Below are positions 1 through 10,164 of a stretch of DNA of 31,254 bases, piece by piece (position 1 is the first letter of the stretch; every line of letters begins with the position of its first letter). The DNA is taken from contig JAYZQJ010000220.1 in assembly GCA_036149055.1 (NCBI GenBank), forward strand, positions 1 to 31,254. The letters are read 5' to 3'. A program made the translations under genes and the position numbers. Source of the stretch: Myxococcota bacterium. Its GTDB lineage: Bacteria; Myxococcota_A; Polyangia; Polyangiales; Sandaracinaceae. Below the pieces are notes generated by a model. That model saw only the letters and a list, made by a program, of their open reading frames with translations, had not been told where the DNA came from and ran no database searches.

Positions 1-33
1 CACCTCGCACGTCCGATCCCGCGGCAGCGGGCG

Positions 34-197
34 GCCAGCTCGCGCGCAGCGCGAGCGCGAGCCGCAGGGCCCCCAGCGCCCCGTCGCTGGGGTCGCGGAG
101 CGAGCGCGAAGCGCGAAGCTCCGACGGAGTCGGGAGGGGGGCCCCATTGGCGCTTTGCCCAATGGGGGGAGGGTTTGCACCAAACCCTCCAAAAAAC

Positions 198-203
<6 letters not shown>
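34..203 (-). repeat. Structured palindromic repeat element, copy 1 (REP/MITE-like; outer limit uncertain)
   Basis: Reverse complement aligns with 31081-31254 over its full length, with about 8 substitutions and two 2-nt indels by manual alignment. Contains hairpins GGAGGGTTTG-N3-CAAACCCTCC, CCCCATTGG..CCAATGGGG and CCCCAGCG..CGCTGGGG. Begins at the kinase TTC-TGA end. Confidence 0.9.
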
Positions 204-1811
<1,608 letters not shown>

Positions 1812-1819
1812 CCCGGGCG

Positions 1820-1827
1820 AGTATAAT
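1820..1827. promoter_or_regulatory. Overlapping bidirectional -10 elements
   Basis: AGTATAAT reads TATAAT on + (1822-1827) and TATACT on - (1825-1820, 8 nt before the kinase ATG), in a 37-bp divergent gap. Confidence 0.6.
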
Positions 1828-1848
1828 GCCGCTCGTCCCCACCTCGTC

Positions 1849-2559
1849 ATGCACGGCCCTCGGACCCTCGCGATCGCTCTCACCCTCGGCCTGCTGGGGC
1901 CCATGGGGGTCCGGGCGCAGGCTCCCGAGGACGGCCGCGCGGCCGCTCGAGAGCTCGCGGTGGAGGCGCACGCGCGCTTCGAGGCGGGCGACGCCGACGG
2001 CGCGGTCGAGCTGCTCTTGGAGGCGCGCGCGACCCACCCCGAGCCCGTCCTCCTCTACAACCTCGGGCGCGCGTACGAGGCGTCGGGGCGCCTGCGCGAG
2101 GCCATCGACGCGTACGAGCGCTTCGTGGAGGAGGCGCCGGACGCGCCGTCGCGCGCGGCGGTGGAGCTGACGATCACCTCGCTGCGGCGGAGCGTGGCGG
2201 AGCGCGAGCGGCTCATCCGGGAGGCCGAGGCAGCGCGCGCCCGCGAGGGCTCTCCGTCGGTGGTGCCCTGGCTCGTCGCCGCCTCGGGCGCCGGCGGGCT
2301 GGCCGCGGGCGGGGTGCTCGCCGGCGTCGCCGTCGCCGAGAACGACGCCGCGGCGGCCGACCCGGTCCAGAGGAGCCGCGCCGCGCGAGCCGCCAGCGCG
2401 CAGGACCTCGCCACCGCGGCCAACGTGCTCTTCGTGGTCGGCGGCGCGCTCGCGCTCACCGCGGGCGTGTGGTGGCTCGTCGAGTGGGCGACGGGCGGCG
2501 GCGAGGACGAGTCGGCCGCGCTCGAGGTGGGCCCGGGCGTCGTGCGAGGTCGGTTTTGA
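1849..2559 (+). CDS. Exported TPR protein with C-terminal hydrophobic helices
   Basis: Signal peptide ending near VRA-Q; TPR-like LLYNLGRAYEASGRLREAIDAYERF; two Gly/Ala-rich hydrophobic segments; ends GRF. Confidence 0.8.
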   Translation: MHGPRTLAIALTLGLLGPMGVRAQAPEDGRAAARELAVEAHARFEAGDADGAVELLLEARATHPEPVLLYNLGRAYEASGRLREAIDAYERFVEEAPDAPSRAAVELTITSLRRSVAERERLIREAEAARAREGSPSVVPWLVAASGAGGLAAGGVLAGVAVAENDAAAADPVQRSRAARAASAQDLATAANVLFVVGGALALTAGVWWLVEWATGGGEDESAALEVGPGVVRGRF

Positions 2560-3578
2560 AGCTCGCCATCCCGCTCTCGATGCTGCTCGCCGCGGGCTGC
2601 GTGCTCGAGTCACCGCCGATCGACGGGCTCGGCTGTCCGTGCACGAGCGGCTGGACCTGCGTGGCCGAGCAGTGCGTGCCCGCGTCCGGCCCCTGCGCCC
2701 GCAACGCCGAGGCGGGCCGGATCGCCATCGAGAACCTCCGCGCCGAGTGGGTCACCGCGAACCAGATCCGGGTGGCCTGGGACGCGCCGGACATCTCCGA
2801 GCTGTTCGCCTACGAGGTCGACGTGGCCAGCAGCGAGGTCGATCTCTGGTACCCCGAGCGCCGCCACGTCGTCACCTCGAGCGAGAACCCCGAGCTGCTC
2901 CGCGCCTCGCTCCCGGGCACGAACGACGGCGACCCGGTGCTGGCGACCACCGTGCGCGACCTCGCAGCGAACGAGCCGTACTTCATCCGGGTGGTCGCCA
3001 TCGATCGGGATCGCGGCGTGACCTGCACCGAAGCGCTCGGGGTCAGCACCGGCCCTCGGGTGCGCGAGTCGATCACGCTCTTCCACGACTCCGGCCCCGA
3101 CGCAGCCGAGCCGAGCTGCCTCGACCAGGTCGAAGACCCCTCGCGCAGCCGGGAGAGCGACACCCACTGGGCCTGGGTCGCGCACTGTCGAGAGGACCAG
3201 ACCGCGCACTGCGTCCCCCAAGAGCGGCCGGGCCTCAGCTGCTACGAGAACCTCCAGGTGCGTGGCCTCGGGAGGGACGCGACGAGCCTGACCGAAGTCG
3301 ACTTCGACGAGGCCTTCCTCCAGGTCTCGGTGGCGATCGAAGGCGACCACGGCTTCTGGTCCGAGCTCGGCGTCGAGACGGCGGTCGGCGACCACTTCAT
3401 CCTCGGCGGGCTGACCCTCGTCGGCGACGGCGAGTACCACACCTATCAGGTGCCGCTCTCGGCGATGTGGCGTCTGAGCTACGCCGACATCCGGGGCGTC
3501 ATCAACGGCTTCCGCGTCGGCACCCTGTGGGTCGACGAGGCCGTCGTGCGGATCGACGAGGCCGCCATCTACTGGTGA
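2556..3578 (+). CDS. Putative lipoprotein with Cys-rich N-terminus and FN3-like domain
   Basis: TTG start overlaps the upstream TGA (TTGA). Lipobox AAGC; CPCTSGWTCVAEQCV; FN3-like pattern IRVAWDAP..YEV..VRDLAANEPYFIRVVAID. Confidence 0.7.
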   Translation: MKLAIPLSMLLAAGCVLESPPIDGLGCPCTSGWTCVAEQCVPASGPCARNAEAGRIAIENLRAEWVTANQIRVAWDAPDISELFAYEVDVASSEVDLWYPERRHVVTSSENPELLRASLPGTNDGDPVLATTVRDLAANEPYFIRVVAIDRDRGVTCTEALGVSTGPRVRESITLFHDSGPDAAEPSCLDQVEDPSRSRESDTHWAWVAHCREDQTAHCVPQERPGLSCYENLQVRGLGRDATSLTEVDFDEAFLQVSVAIEGDHGFWSELGVETAVGDHFILGGLTLVGDGEYHTYQVPLSAMWRLSYADIRGVINGFRVGTLWVDEAVVRIDEAAIYW

Positions 3579-3583
3579 CCCGG

Positions 3584-4300
3584 TCAGCGCCGGGCGACGG
3601 CGCGCAGGCCGAGGAGGGCCGCGTCGGCGAGGTCCAGCGGGACCCCGCGGCGCAGGCGGCGGAGGAGCCCGCGACGGATGCGACGCTTGGAGGCGGCGTG
3701 GGCGCGCATGTCGAGCGCCGTCGACGCGCGGGCCACCTCGAGGGCGCGCGCGAGCACGTCGGCCGGTTCGGCGAGGCTGTCGAACACGCCGGCCTCGAGC
3801 GCCTCGTCGGCGGAGAAGAAGTGCGAGAGCGTCACCGCGCGCTGGAACGCCGCGGGGGTCAGCCGGTGCTCGAGCAGGGCGACGGCGACGCGCGGCATGG
3901 TGATCCCGATCGCGACCTCGTTGGCCGCGACCTTGAAGTCGCCTCGCGCGCCGACCACGTGGTCGCACGAGAGCGCCGCGAAGAGGCCCATCGCGAGCAC
4001 GTGCCCCGAGCAGGCCGCGACCACCGGGCGCGGGTGGGTGGCGATGCGCGCGGGCAGGGTGAAGCCGAGCCGGAGCATCCGGAGCGCGTCGAGGCCGCCG
4101 GAACGCATCACCTTCAGGTCGAAGCCCGCCGAGAAGATGTCGCCCCGCCCGGTGAGCACCACCGGCGCCCGCTCACGCGCCGCGCGCTCGAACGCGTCGT
4201 GCAGCCCGCGCAGCATCGTCGGCGAGAGCGCGTTGCGCTTCCCGTCGTCCATCTCGATCACGGCGACCTCGCCGTCGCGGCGGTAGCGGACGATGTCCAT
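3584..4300 (-). CDS. Enoyl-CoA hydratase/isomerase (crotonase) family protein
   Basis: MDDGKRNAL, FSAGFDL, PVVAACSGHVLAMG, NEVAIGI, FSADEALEAG. Confidence 0.9.
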   Translation of the reverse strand: MDIVRYRRDGEVAVIEMDDGKRNALSPTMLRGLHDAFERAARERAPVVLTGRGDIFSAGFDLKVMRSGGLDALRMLRLGFTLPARIATHPRPVVAACSGHVLAMGLFAALSCDHVVGARGDFKVAANEVAIGITMPRVAVALLEHRLTPAAFQRAVTLSHFFSADEALEAGVFDSLAEPADVLARALEVARASTALDMRAHAASKRRIRRGLLRRLRRGVPLDLADAALLGLRAVARR

Positions 4301-4335
4301 GACGCGAGCCTCGCACGTCTCGCGGGCCGACCGGA

Positions 4336-4749
4336 TCAGAACTGGTGCACGATCCGGAGGTCCTCACCGGGAGTCACGTACACCTCGACGCGATGCTCCG
4401 CGCCGCCCGCCGCGCGCAGCTCGACGAGGTGGTGGCCCGGTGAGACCTGCAGCGCACGGACCGGCGTCCACCGCCCCGAGTCCTCGCCGTCGACGAAGAC
4501 GCGGGCCCACGGCATCGCGTGGACCCAGAGCCGCCCAGGCGGGCCCTCCGCGGCGGGCAGCGTCACCTCCACCGCGAGCTCCACCTTCACCGCCTCCGGG
4601 ACCGCGGCGCGGGTCTCCTCGTTCGGCGACGCGGGCAGCGGCTTCATGGGCAGGAGCGCGGGGGGCGCCGTGTCCAGCGTGGGCTCGGGCGCGCAGCCCC
4701 AGAGGCCCACCGCAGCCAGGAGCCCGATGCGTGCGAACGTCGCGGTCAC
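4336..4749 (-). CDS. Small lipoprotein with PEGA-like domain
   Basis: Lipobox LWGC; PWARVFVDGEDSGRWTPV..VSPGHHLVEL. Confidence 0.75.
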   Translation of the reverse strand: MTATFARIGLLAAVGLWGCAPEPTLDTAPPALLPMKPLPASPNEETRAAVPEAVKVELAVEVTLPAAEGPPGRLWVHAMPWARVFVDGEDSGRWTPVRALQVSPGHHLVELRAAGGAEHRVEVYVTPGEDLRIVHQF

Positions 4750-4809
4750 GAGGTGTACCGCGGGACGAGCCCTGCCGACCGTTCACCGGGGCCCCCAATT
4801 GCCGAGGCC

Positions 4810-4842
4810 CAGAAACGACTACGGCGCAGAAACGATTACGGC
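4810..4842. repeat. 16-bp tandem direct repeat (1 mismatch)
   Basis: CAGAAACGACTACGGC (4810-4825) and CAGAAACGATTACGGC (4827-4842). Confidence 0.75.
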
Positions 4843-4865
4843 CGGCTGGGAAACCCAGGCCGGCC
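4840..4865 (-). terminator. Hairpin downstream of tRNA-Gly, probable terminator or processing signal
   Basis: GGCCGG-CTGGG-AAA-CCCAG-G-CCGGCC stem about 20 nt 3' of the tRNA; only a weak T-rich tail. Confidence 0.5.
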
Positions 4866-4886
4866 GGAATCAGTAAGCGATGTGAG

Positions 4887-4959
<73 letters not shown>

Positions 4960-4969
4960 GAGGACGGGG

Positions 4970-4998
4970 GGTTTACCGCCGACCCAGGGGGCTGTCAA
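4970..4998 (-). promoter_or_regulatory. Sigma70-type promoter of tRNA-Gly
   Basis: TTGACA (4998-4993), 17-nt spacer, TAAACC (4975-4970), then a GC-rich discriminator just before the tRNA. Confidence 0.7.
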
Positions 4999-5066
4999 GG
5001 AAATCTGGAGCGGTGAGGAAACTTGGGGGTAGGTACGGCGATGTAGGTGGCCTCAGGAGGATTCCC

Positions 5067-5456
5067 ATGGCCCGCTTCGACACCGATCCGACCCTCGCTC
5101 CGCGCCCCGTCCGGCTCGCTCAGCCGCTCATCGACGCCTTCGTGCGCTCGGCGGTCTGCCCGCCCCATCATCGCTGGCACGCGCGCTCCACCCTCCCCGT
5201 CCTGGCCCTCTTCGTGGCCATGATGCGGGAGCCCGACGACGACGGGCTGGCGTGGGAGGCGCTGGCGCCGGACGCGCTGGTGGCCGCCTCGATCGAGGCC
5301 GATCCCACCGAGCACGCGTTCCTGCGTGACCTGCTCGACGTCTCCGCTTCGTTCTACCGCTTCCTCGGCGACGAGGGGGTGGTGTCCGCCGAGGCGTCGG
5401 CCCGCATCCGGGTGCGCCTCGCCCACCTCGCGCTCGGGTTCGGCCAGGCCGCCTGA
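5067..5456 (+). CDS. Hypothetical helical protein (129 aa), weak resemblance to an integrase core-binding (SAM-like) domain
   Basis: AGGAGG RBS at 5055-5060 before ATG 5067; C-terminal ASFYRFLGDEGVV. Confidence 0.7.
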   Translation: MARFDTDPTLAPRPVRLAQPLIDAFVRSAVCPPHHRWHARSTLPVLALFVAMMREPDDDGLAWEALAPDALVAASIEADPTEHAFLRDLLDVSASFYRFLGDEGVVSAEASARIRVRLAHLALGFGQAA

Positions 5457-5495
5457 TCAGATGACATCGTGGGCCCTGGCCCTACATCTGGGCTG

Positions 5496-6683
5496 ATGTC
5501 CAAACGCGCCTCGAAGGTCCAGGGTGGGGTCTCACTGGGTCGTTGGGCCGGGATCCCGGTCACCCTCGACTGGTCACTGCTCATCATCTTCGCGCTCGTC
5601 CTGTTCAACCTGGGCGCGGGGGTGCTGCCGGAGTGGCACCCCGACTGGGCGACCTGGCTGACGTGGTCGGTCGCCTTCGGCGCGGCCGTGCTCTTCTTCC
5701 TCTCGGTGCTGCTGCACGAGCTGTCGCACGCGCTGGTGGGGCGCGTGTTCGGCATCCCCGTCTCGCGCATCACGCTCTTCCTCTTCGGCGGCATGGCGCA
5801 CACCGAGGACGAGGCGCCGTCCCCGAAGGCGGAGTTCTGGATGGCGATCGCGGGGCCCATCGCCTCGCTCGTGATCGGCGGCGGCGCGCTGCTCGCCGGC
5901 GTCGGCCTGATCAGCCTCTCGGCGGCGCAGCTCGACGCGCCGGTGGAGGCGATGAGCCACGTCGGCCCGGTGGCCACGCTGCTGCTCTGGCTGGGCCCGA
6001 TCAACATCGTGCTCGCGGTGTTCAACATGATCCCGGGCTTCCCGCTCGACGGCGGCCGCGTGCTGCGCGCCGGGATCTGGGCGGCGACCGGCGACCTGCG
6101 CAAGGCCACCAAGTGGGCCTCGTACTCGGGCCAGGGCTTCGCGGCGCTGATGATCGGCTACGGCGTGTTCAGCGCGCTGACCAGCGGCTTCTCGGGCCTC
6201 TGGCTCGCGCTCATCGGCTGGTTCCTCTGGCGCGCGGCGCGGGGGAGCTACCAGCAGCTCCTCGTGATGCAGGCGCTCGAGGGCGCGCGGGTGCACGACG
6301 TGATGCGGCGCCACCTCGCGTGGGTGCGGCCGGAGCTCTCGGTGGCCGCGCTGGTGGGCGACCACCTCCTGCGATCGGACCAGCGCGCCTACCCGGTGCT
6401 CGGCGAGGGCGGCGCGCTCGTGGGCATGGTCACCCTGACCGACGTGCAGCGCCTGCCCGAGGCGCGGCGCAGCCAGGCGACGGTGGCCGAGATCATGACG
6501 CCGCTGAGCGAGCTCGAGCGGGTCGACGAGGACGCGCCGGTGAGCGACGCCCTCCAGAAGCTCGGCGACCGCGACGTGGAGCAGGTGCCGGTGGTCGACC
6601 GTCAGGGCACGCTGCTCGGGCTGGTGCGCAAGCAGGACATCCTGCGCTGGCTGACGCTCCACGATCCGCGCCAGCCGGCGTGA
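5496..6683 (+). CDS. Site-2 protease (M50) with tandem CBS domains
   Basis: HELSH (HExxH), [11 protein letters not shown], multiple TM helices, two CBS repeats ([29 protein letters not shown]). Confidence 0.93.
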   Translation: MSKRASKVQGGVSLGRWAGIPVTLDWSLLIIFALVLFNLGAGVLPEWHPDWATWLTWSVAFGAAVLFFLSVLLHELSHALVGRVFGIPVSRITLFLFGGMAHTEDEAPSPKAEFWMAIAGPIASLVIGGGALLAGVGLISLSAAQLDAPVEAMSHVGPVATLLLWLGPINIVLAVFNMIPGFPLDGGRVLRAGIWAATGDLRKATKWASYSGQGFAALMIGYGVFSALTSGFSGLWLALIGWFLWRAARGSYQQLLVMQALEGARVHDVMRRHLAWVRPELSVAALVGDHLLRSDQRAYPVLGEGGALVGMVTLTDVQRLPEARRSQATVAEIMTPLSELERVDEDAPVSDALQKLGDRDVEQVPVVDRQGTLLGLVRKQDILRWLTLHDPRQPA

Positions 6684-8423
6684 TCACTCGTAGCGGACGC
6701 CGTCGGCCGGGAGCAGGCGCGCGGCCCAGTAGCTCGGGATCACGGTGGCCCCGAGGCAGATGAGGATCGCGATGCTGACCGTGACCAGGAACTCGCTCGC
6801 GCTCGCGCGCACGGGCAGGTGGTCGATGAGGTAGACGGACGGGTCCAGCGGGAACTCGAATTCGGCGAGGTACCAGCAGACGCCGCCTCCGAGCAGGAGG
6901 CCGAGCACGGTGCCGACCAGGCCGATCAGCAGACCCTGGACCATGAAGATGAGCATCACGCCGCCGAAGCGCGCGCCCATCGCCTTGAGGATGGCGATCT
7001 CTCGCTTCTTCTCGAGCACGATCATGATCAGCGTCGCGATCACGCAGAAGGCGGCGACGATGATGATCGACGCGATGACGATGCTGAGGATGACCTTCTG
7101 GATCTCGAGCGCGGTGAAGAGATTGTGGTTGAGCTCCTGCCAGTCCATCGTGTGGTAGGGCCCGCCGCCGAGGACACGCTCGAGGCGCCGTGAGACCTCC
7201 GGCGCGCGGTCGATCTCGTTCAGCGTGATCTCGACGCCGGTGACGCTGTCGCCGTGCTCGAAGAAGTGCTGCGCCTCGAAGAGGTCGACGTAGACGAGGC
7301 GGCTGTCGTACTCCTGGAAGCCGGCCTCGAAGATGCCGATGACCCGGAACTCGCGGCTGCGCGGGGTGTTGTCGGTGCCGCTCCACATCGAGGTGTCGAG
7401 GCCGGCGAGGGGGCTGATGACCTGCACGCGGTCCCCGACGCCGAGGCCGAGGTTCGTGGCGAGCGAGGTGCCGACGACGATGCCGGGGAGCTCCTCGAGC
7501 GGGATCCGGCCGCCCTGGTCCTCGAGCACGAGCGCGTCCTCCTCGAGGAACTGATCGAGGAGCGCGTCGTCGGGCAGCTCGGGCGTGGGGATGTCCTCGA
7601 GCGCCGCCTCCGCCTCCTCCGGCGTCGGCACGTCGACCTCCGGGAGCACCACGGGCGCGTCCGGGTCGTCCAGGGGCTGCGCGTCGTCGCCCTCGGCGAG
7701 CAGCGCGTCGAGTCCCTCGTCGGCGGCGTCGGGCGCGTCGTCGAGCAGCTCCGCCTCCTCGGCGGGCTCCGTCTCCGCCTCGCCGAGCGCGGCGTCCACC
7801 ACGTCCTCGCCGTCGTCGAGGCTCTCCTCGAGCGCCTCCTCGCTCTCGGGCTGGGCGAGCTCCTGCAGCCAGTTCCAGTCGCCCTCCACCGGGTCGAGGA
7901 GATCCTCCGGGCGGACCGGCGGCGCGGCGTGCGGCCCGCGCAGGCCGCGGAGGCTGCCCTGGGTCAGCTGGCTCGGCAGATCGAGCACGTCGGGCATCAG
8001 CTCCGGGTCGACGCCCTTCACCAGCACGCCGCTGATGCGGTCGCCCTTGGCGAGCATCATCTGGTTGATGAGGAACGGCGCCGCGCCCCGCACCTCGGGC
8101 ATCTCGCGCGCCCGGGAGATGACCTCCGGGTACTCCTCGAAGTCGAGGCCGTACTTCAGCACGAGCACGTGCGCGTTGACCCCGAGGACCTTGTTCCGGA
8201 ACTCGTCCTGGAAGCCGCTGGTGATCGAGGTCACCGCGAGCAGCGCCGTGACGCCGAGCGCGACCCCGAGGATGGCGATCACCGTCACCACCGAGACCGT
8301 CTGCCGCTTCTTGCCGCGCAGGTACCGCCAGCCGATCGAGGCCGCGTAGGGGTGCACGATCAGCGCGACGACGACCCCCGCGAGGACGAGGGCGGCGGCG
8401 CTGACGGCGACGAGGGCGAACAT
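6684..8423 (-). CDS. lolE: LolC/LolE-family lipoprotein-releasing ABC transporter permease with a large acidic insertion
   Basis: IGWRYLRGKK..IAILGVALGV..SITSGFQDEFRNKVLG; MDWQELNHNLFTAL; EKKREIAILKAMGA; PSYWAARLLPADGVRYE. LolC versus LolE/F not resolvable by eye. Confidence 0.88.
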   Translation of the reverse strand: MFALVAVSAAALVLAGVVVALIVHPYAASIGWRYLRGKKRQTVSVVTVIAILGVALGVTALLAVTSITSGFQDEFRNKVLGVNAHVLVLKYGLDFEEYPEVISRAREMPEVRGAAPFLINQMMLAKGDRISGVLVKGVDPELMPDVLDLPSQLTQGSLRGLRGPHAAPPVRPEDLLDPVEGDWNWLQELAQPESEEALEESLDDGEDVVDAALGEAETEPAEEAELLDDAPDAADEGLDALLAEGDDAQPLDDPDAPVVLPEVDVPTPEEAEAALEDIPTPELPDDALLDQFLEEDALVLEDQGGRIPLEELPGIVVGTSLATNLGLGVGDRVQVISPLAGLDTSMWSGTDNTPRSREFRVIGIFEAGFQEYDSRLVYVDLFEAQHFFEHGDSVTGVEITLNEIDRAPEVSRRLERVLGGGPYHTMDWQELNHNLFTALEIQKVILSIVIASIIIVAAFCVIATLIMIVLEKKREIAILKAMGARFGGVMLIFMVQGLLIGLVGTVLGLLLGGGVCWYLAEFEFPLDPSVYLIDHLPVRASASEFLVTVSIAILICLGATVIPSYWAARLLPADGVRYE

Positions 8424-8526
8424 GAGGGGCTCTGGCTACCACGCGCGGGGGGCGGCGGCTACGGCCCTCGGACACCCGGCGGGCGCCATCGATTCGCTCG
8501 AATCGCCGCGCCTCGCTATTCTGCGC

Positions 8527-10164
8527 ATGGCGATGCTTCGCTCACTTCTTGTCTTGATCACCCTGGGGCTCCTCTCGGGCTGCGGGCCGACCGAGGTCAC
8601 CCTCGACGGGGCGGCTGGCGACGCCAGCGTCGCGCCCACCGGCGTGCTGAGCCTCGTGTCCGAGCCGGTCCTCGCGCTGAACTTCGGCGGCGAGGCCGAG
8701 GTCGCGGTGCGCTACACCGAAGGCGGCCGACCGGTCTCCGGGGTCGAGGTGCGCTTCGCGCTCTCGGGCCGCGCCCAGAGCTCCACCGTCTCCGATCTCT
8801 CGCTCGTCACCGACGCCGACGGGATGGCGCGGACCACGGTCACCGCCGGCGAGATCGCGGTGGTCTTCCGGGTGCGGGTCGCCGCCGAGCGCGCCTCGCC
8901 GGTCTACGTCGACGTCTCCGTCGGCGACATGGGCTTCGGCGGGCTCGTCGTGCGCGCGGTCTACGAGGGCGGCCGCAGCGAGGCGGCGCGGCGCGTGATC
9001 AGCGTCTACTCCGGCACCGAGTGCGATCCGGCCGACGGCTACCCGCGCGAGGCGGACCGGGTGGCGGTGCTCGACGCGGAGGACGAGACGCAGGCGGCCT
9101 GGAGCGCGCTGCCGGCGGGGCTCGTCTACACGGTGGTGGGCACGGTCGAGGGACCGCTCGGCGCCCCCCTCGCGGCCGGCTGCGTCGACGGCGTGGAGAT
9201 CGTGCCGGACGAGGACACCCTGGTGGACCTCTCGTTCTCGGACGCGCGGCTGATGCCCACCGGCGACTACGAGGCCGAGCTGGAGCTCGCCGCGACCGGC
9301 GTGGCCTCCGGGGTGGTGGAGGAGAGCGTCGACGCGGGCGCGGCGGTGGTCGGCGGAGACGGCGCCGGGCTCTACCTCGACGCGCTCGAGGAGGAGCTCC
9401 GGGACCGGGGCGCCACCGCCGCCGCGGCGATGCTGGCCGCCGAGCGGGTGACCGGCACCCCGGACGCCTCGCTGCGCATGCGCCTGGAAGACGCGGGCGA
9501 GGGCCCGGTGAACGGGCTCGACCAGCTCGTGGTCCGGCTCGCGGAGCGGCTCGGCGTGCTGCGCCTGGTGGGCGAGCTCCGGATCCGCGACACGGACGGC
9601 GCGCTCGAGGCGACCTGGTCGCCGCGCGCCCTCGAGATCGGCGCGATGACCGTGCCCGACGGCCCGGCGCCGATCGTGGTCGACAGCGACGCCTGGACGT
9701 TCGAGCCGATGCCGACGCTGACCCTCTCGTGGGAGAGCGGCGACGCGCTCGCGCTCGAGTCGCTCGACTTCGCGCTCCCGGTGGGCTCGCTGGTCGTCAC
9801 CGCCGTCTCCGCCGCCGGCATGGGGAGCGGGGGCGCGGCGATGATCGAGGGGGCCGGCTGCGGTGTGCTCGCGGCCTGGGTCAGCGAGAGCGCGACCCTC
9901 GGGCCCGTGTGTGACGCGAGCTGCGCCGAGGCGGCGTGCACCCGGGCCCTCGACCGGATCTCGGAGGCCTTCGCCGCCGCGCTCGTGACCCGCGACGGCG
10001 CGCGCGCCTCGGTGTCCCTCGGCGGCGTTCTGGACCTCGGCGACGACAACGGCGACCTGATGGTCGACGAGATCGAGAGCGACGAGCTGACCGGGAGCTG
10101 GACCGGCGCGTCGACCGGCGACCCGGTGACCGGCCGGCTCGTCGCGGACCGCATGGTCGAATGA
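8527..10164 (+). CDS. Putative lipoprotein with N-terminal Ig-like (invasin/Big_1-type) domain
   Basis: Lipobox LSGC; GRPVSGVEVRF..TDADGMARTTVTAG pattern; Cys cluster near the C-terminus. Start at 8527 or 8533. Confidence 0.75.
   Translation: MAMLRSLLVLITLGLLSGCGPTEVTLDGAAGDASVAPTGVLSLVSEPVLALNFGGEAEVAVRYTEGGRPVSGVEVRFALSGRAQSSTVSDLSLVTDADGMARTTVTAGEIAVVFRVRVAAERASPVYVDVSVGDMGFGGLVVRAVYEGGRSEAARRVISVYSGTECDPADGYPREADRVAVLDAEDETQAAWSALPAGLVYTVVGTVEGPLGAPLAAGCVDGVEIVPDEDTLVDLSFSDARLMPTGDYEAELELAATGVASGVVEESVDAGAAVVGGDGAGLYLDALEEELRDRGATAAAAMLAAERVTGTPDASLRMRLEDAGEGPVNGLDQLVVRLAERLGVLRLVGELRIRDTDGALEATWSPRALEIGAMTVPDGPAPIVVDSDAWTFEPMPTLTLSWESGDALALESLDFALPVGSLVVTAVSAAGMGSGGAAMIEGAGCGVLAAWVSESATLGPVCDASCAEAACTRALDRISEAFAAALVTRDGARASVSLGGVLDLGDDNGDLMVDEIESDELTGSWTGASTGDPVTGRLVADRMVE

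Noticed and set aside
4810..4842. CRISPR-like mini array
   Set aside because: Only two 16-bp units separated by 1 nt, with no spacers and no cas genes.
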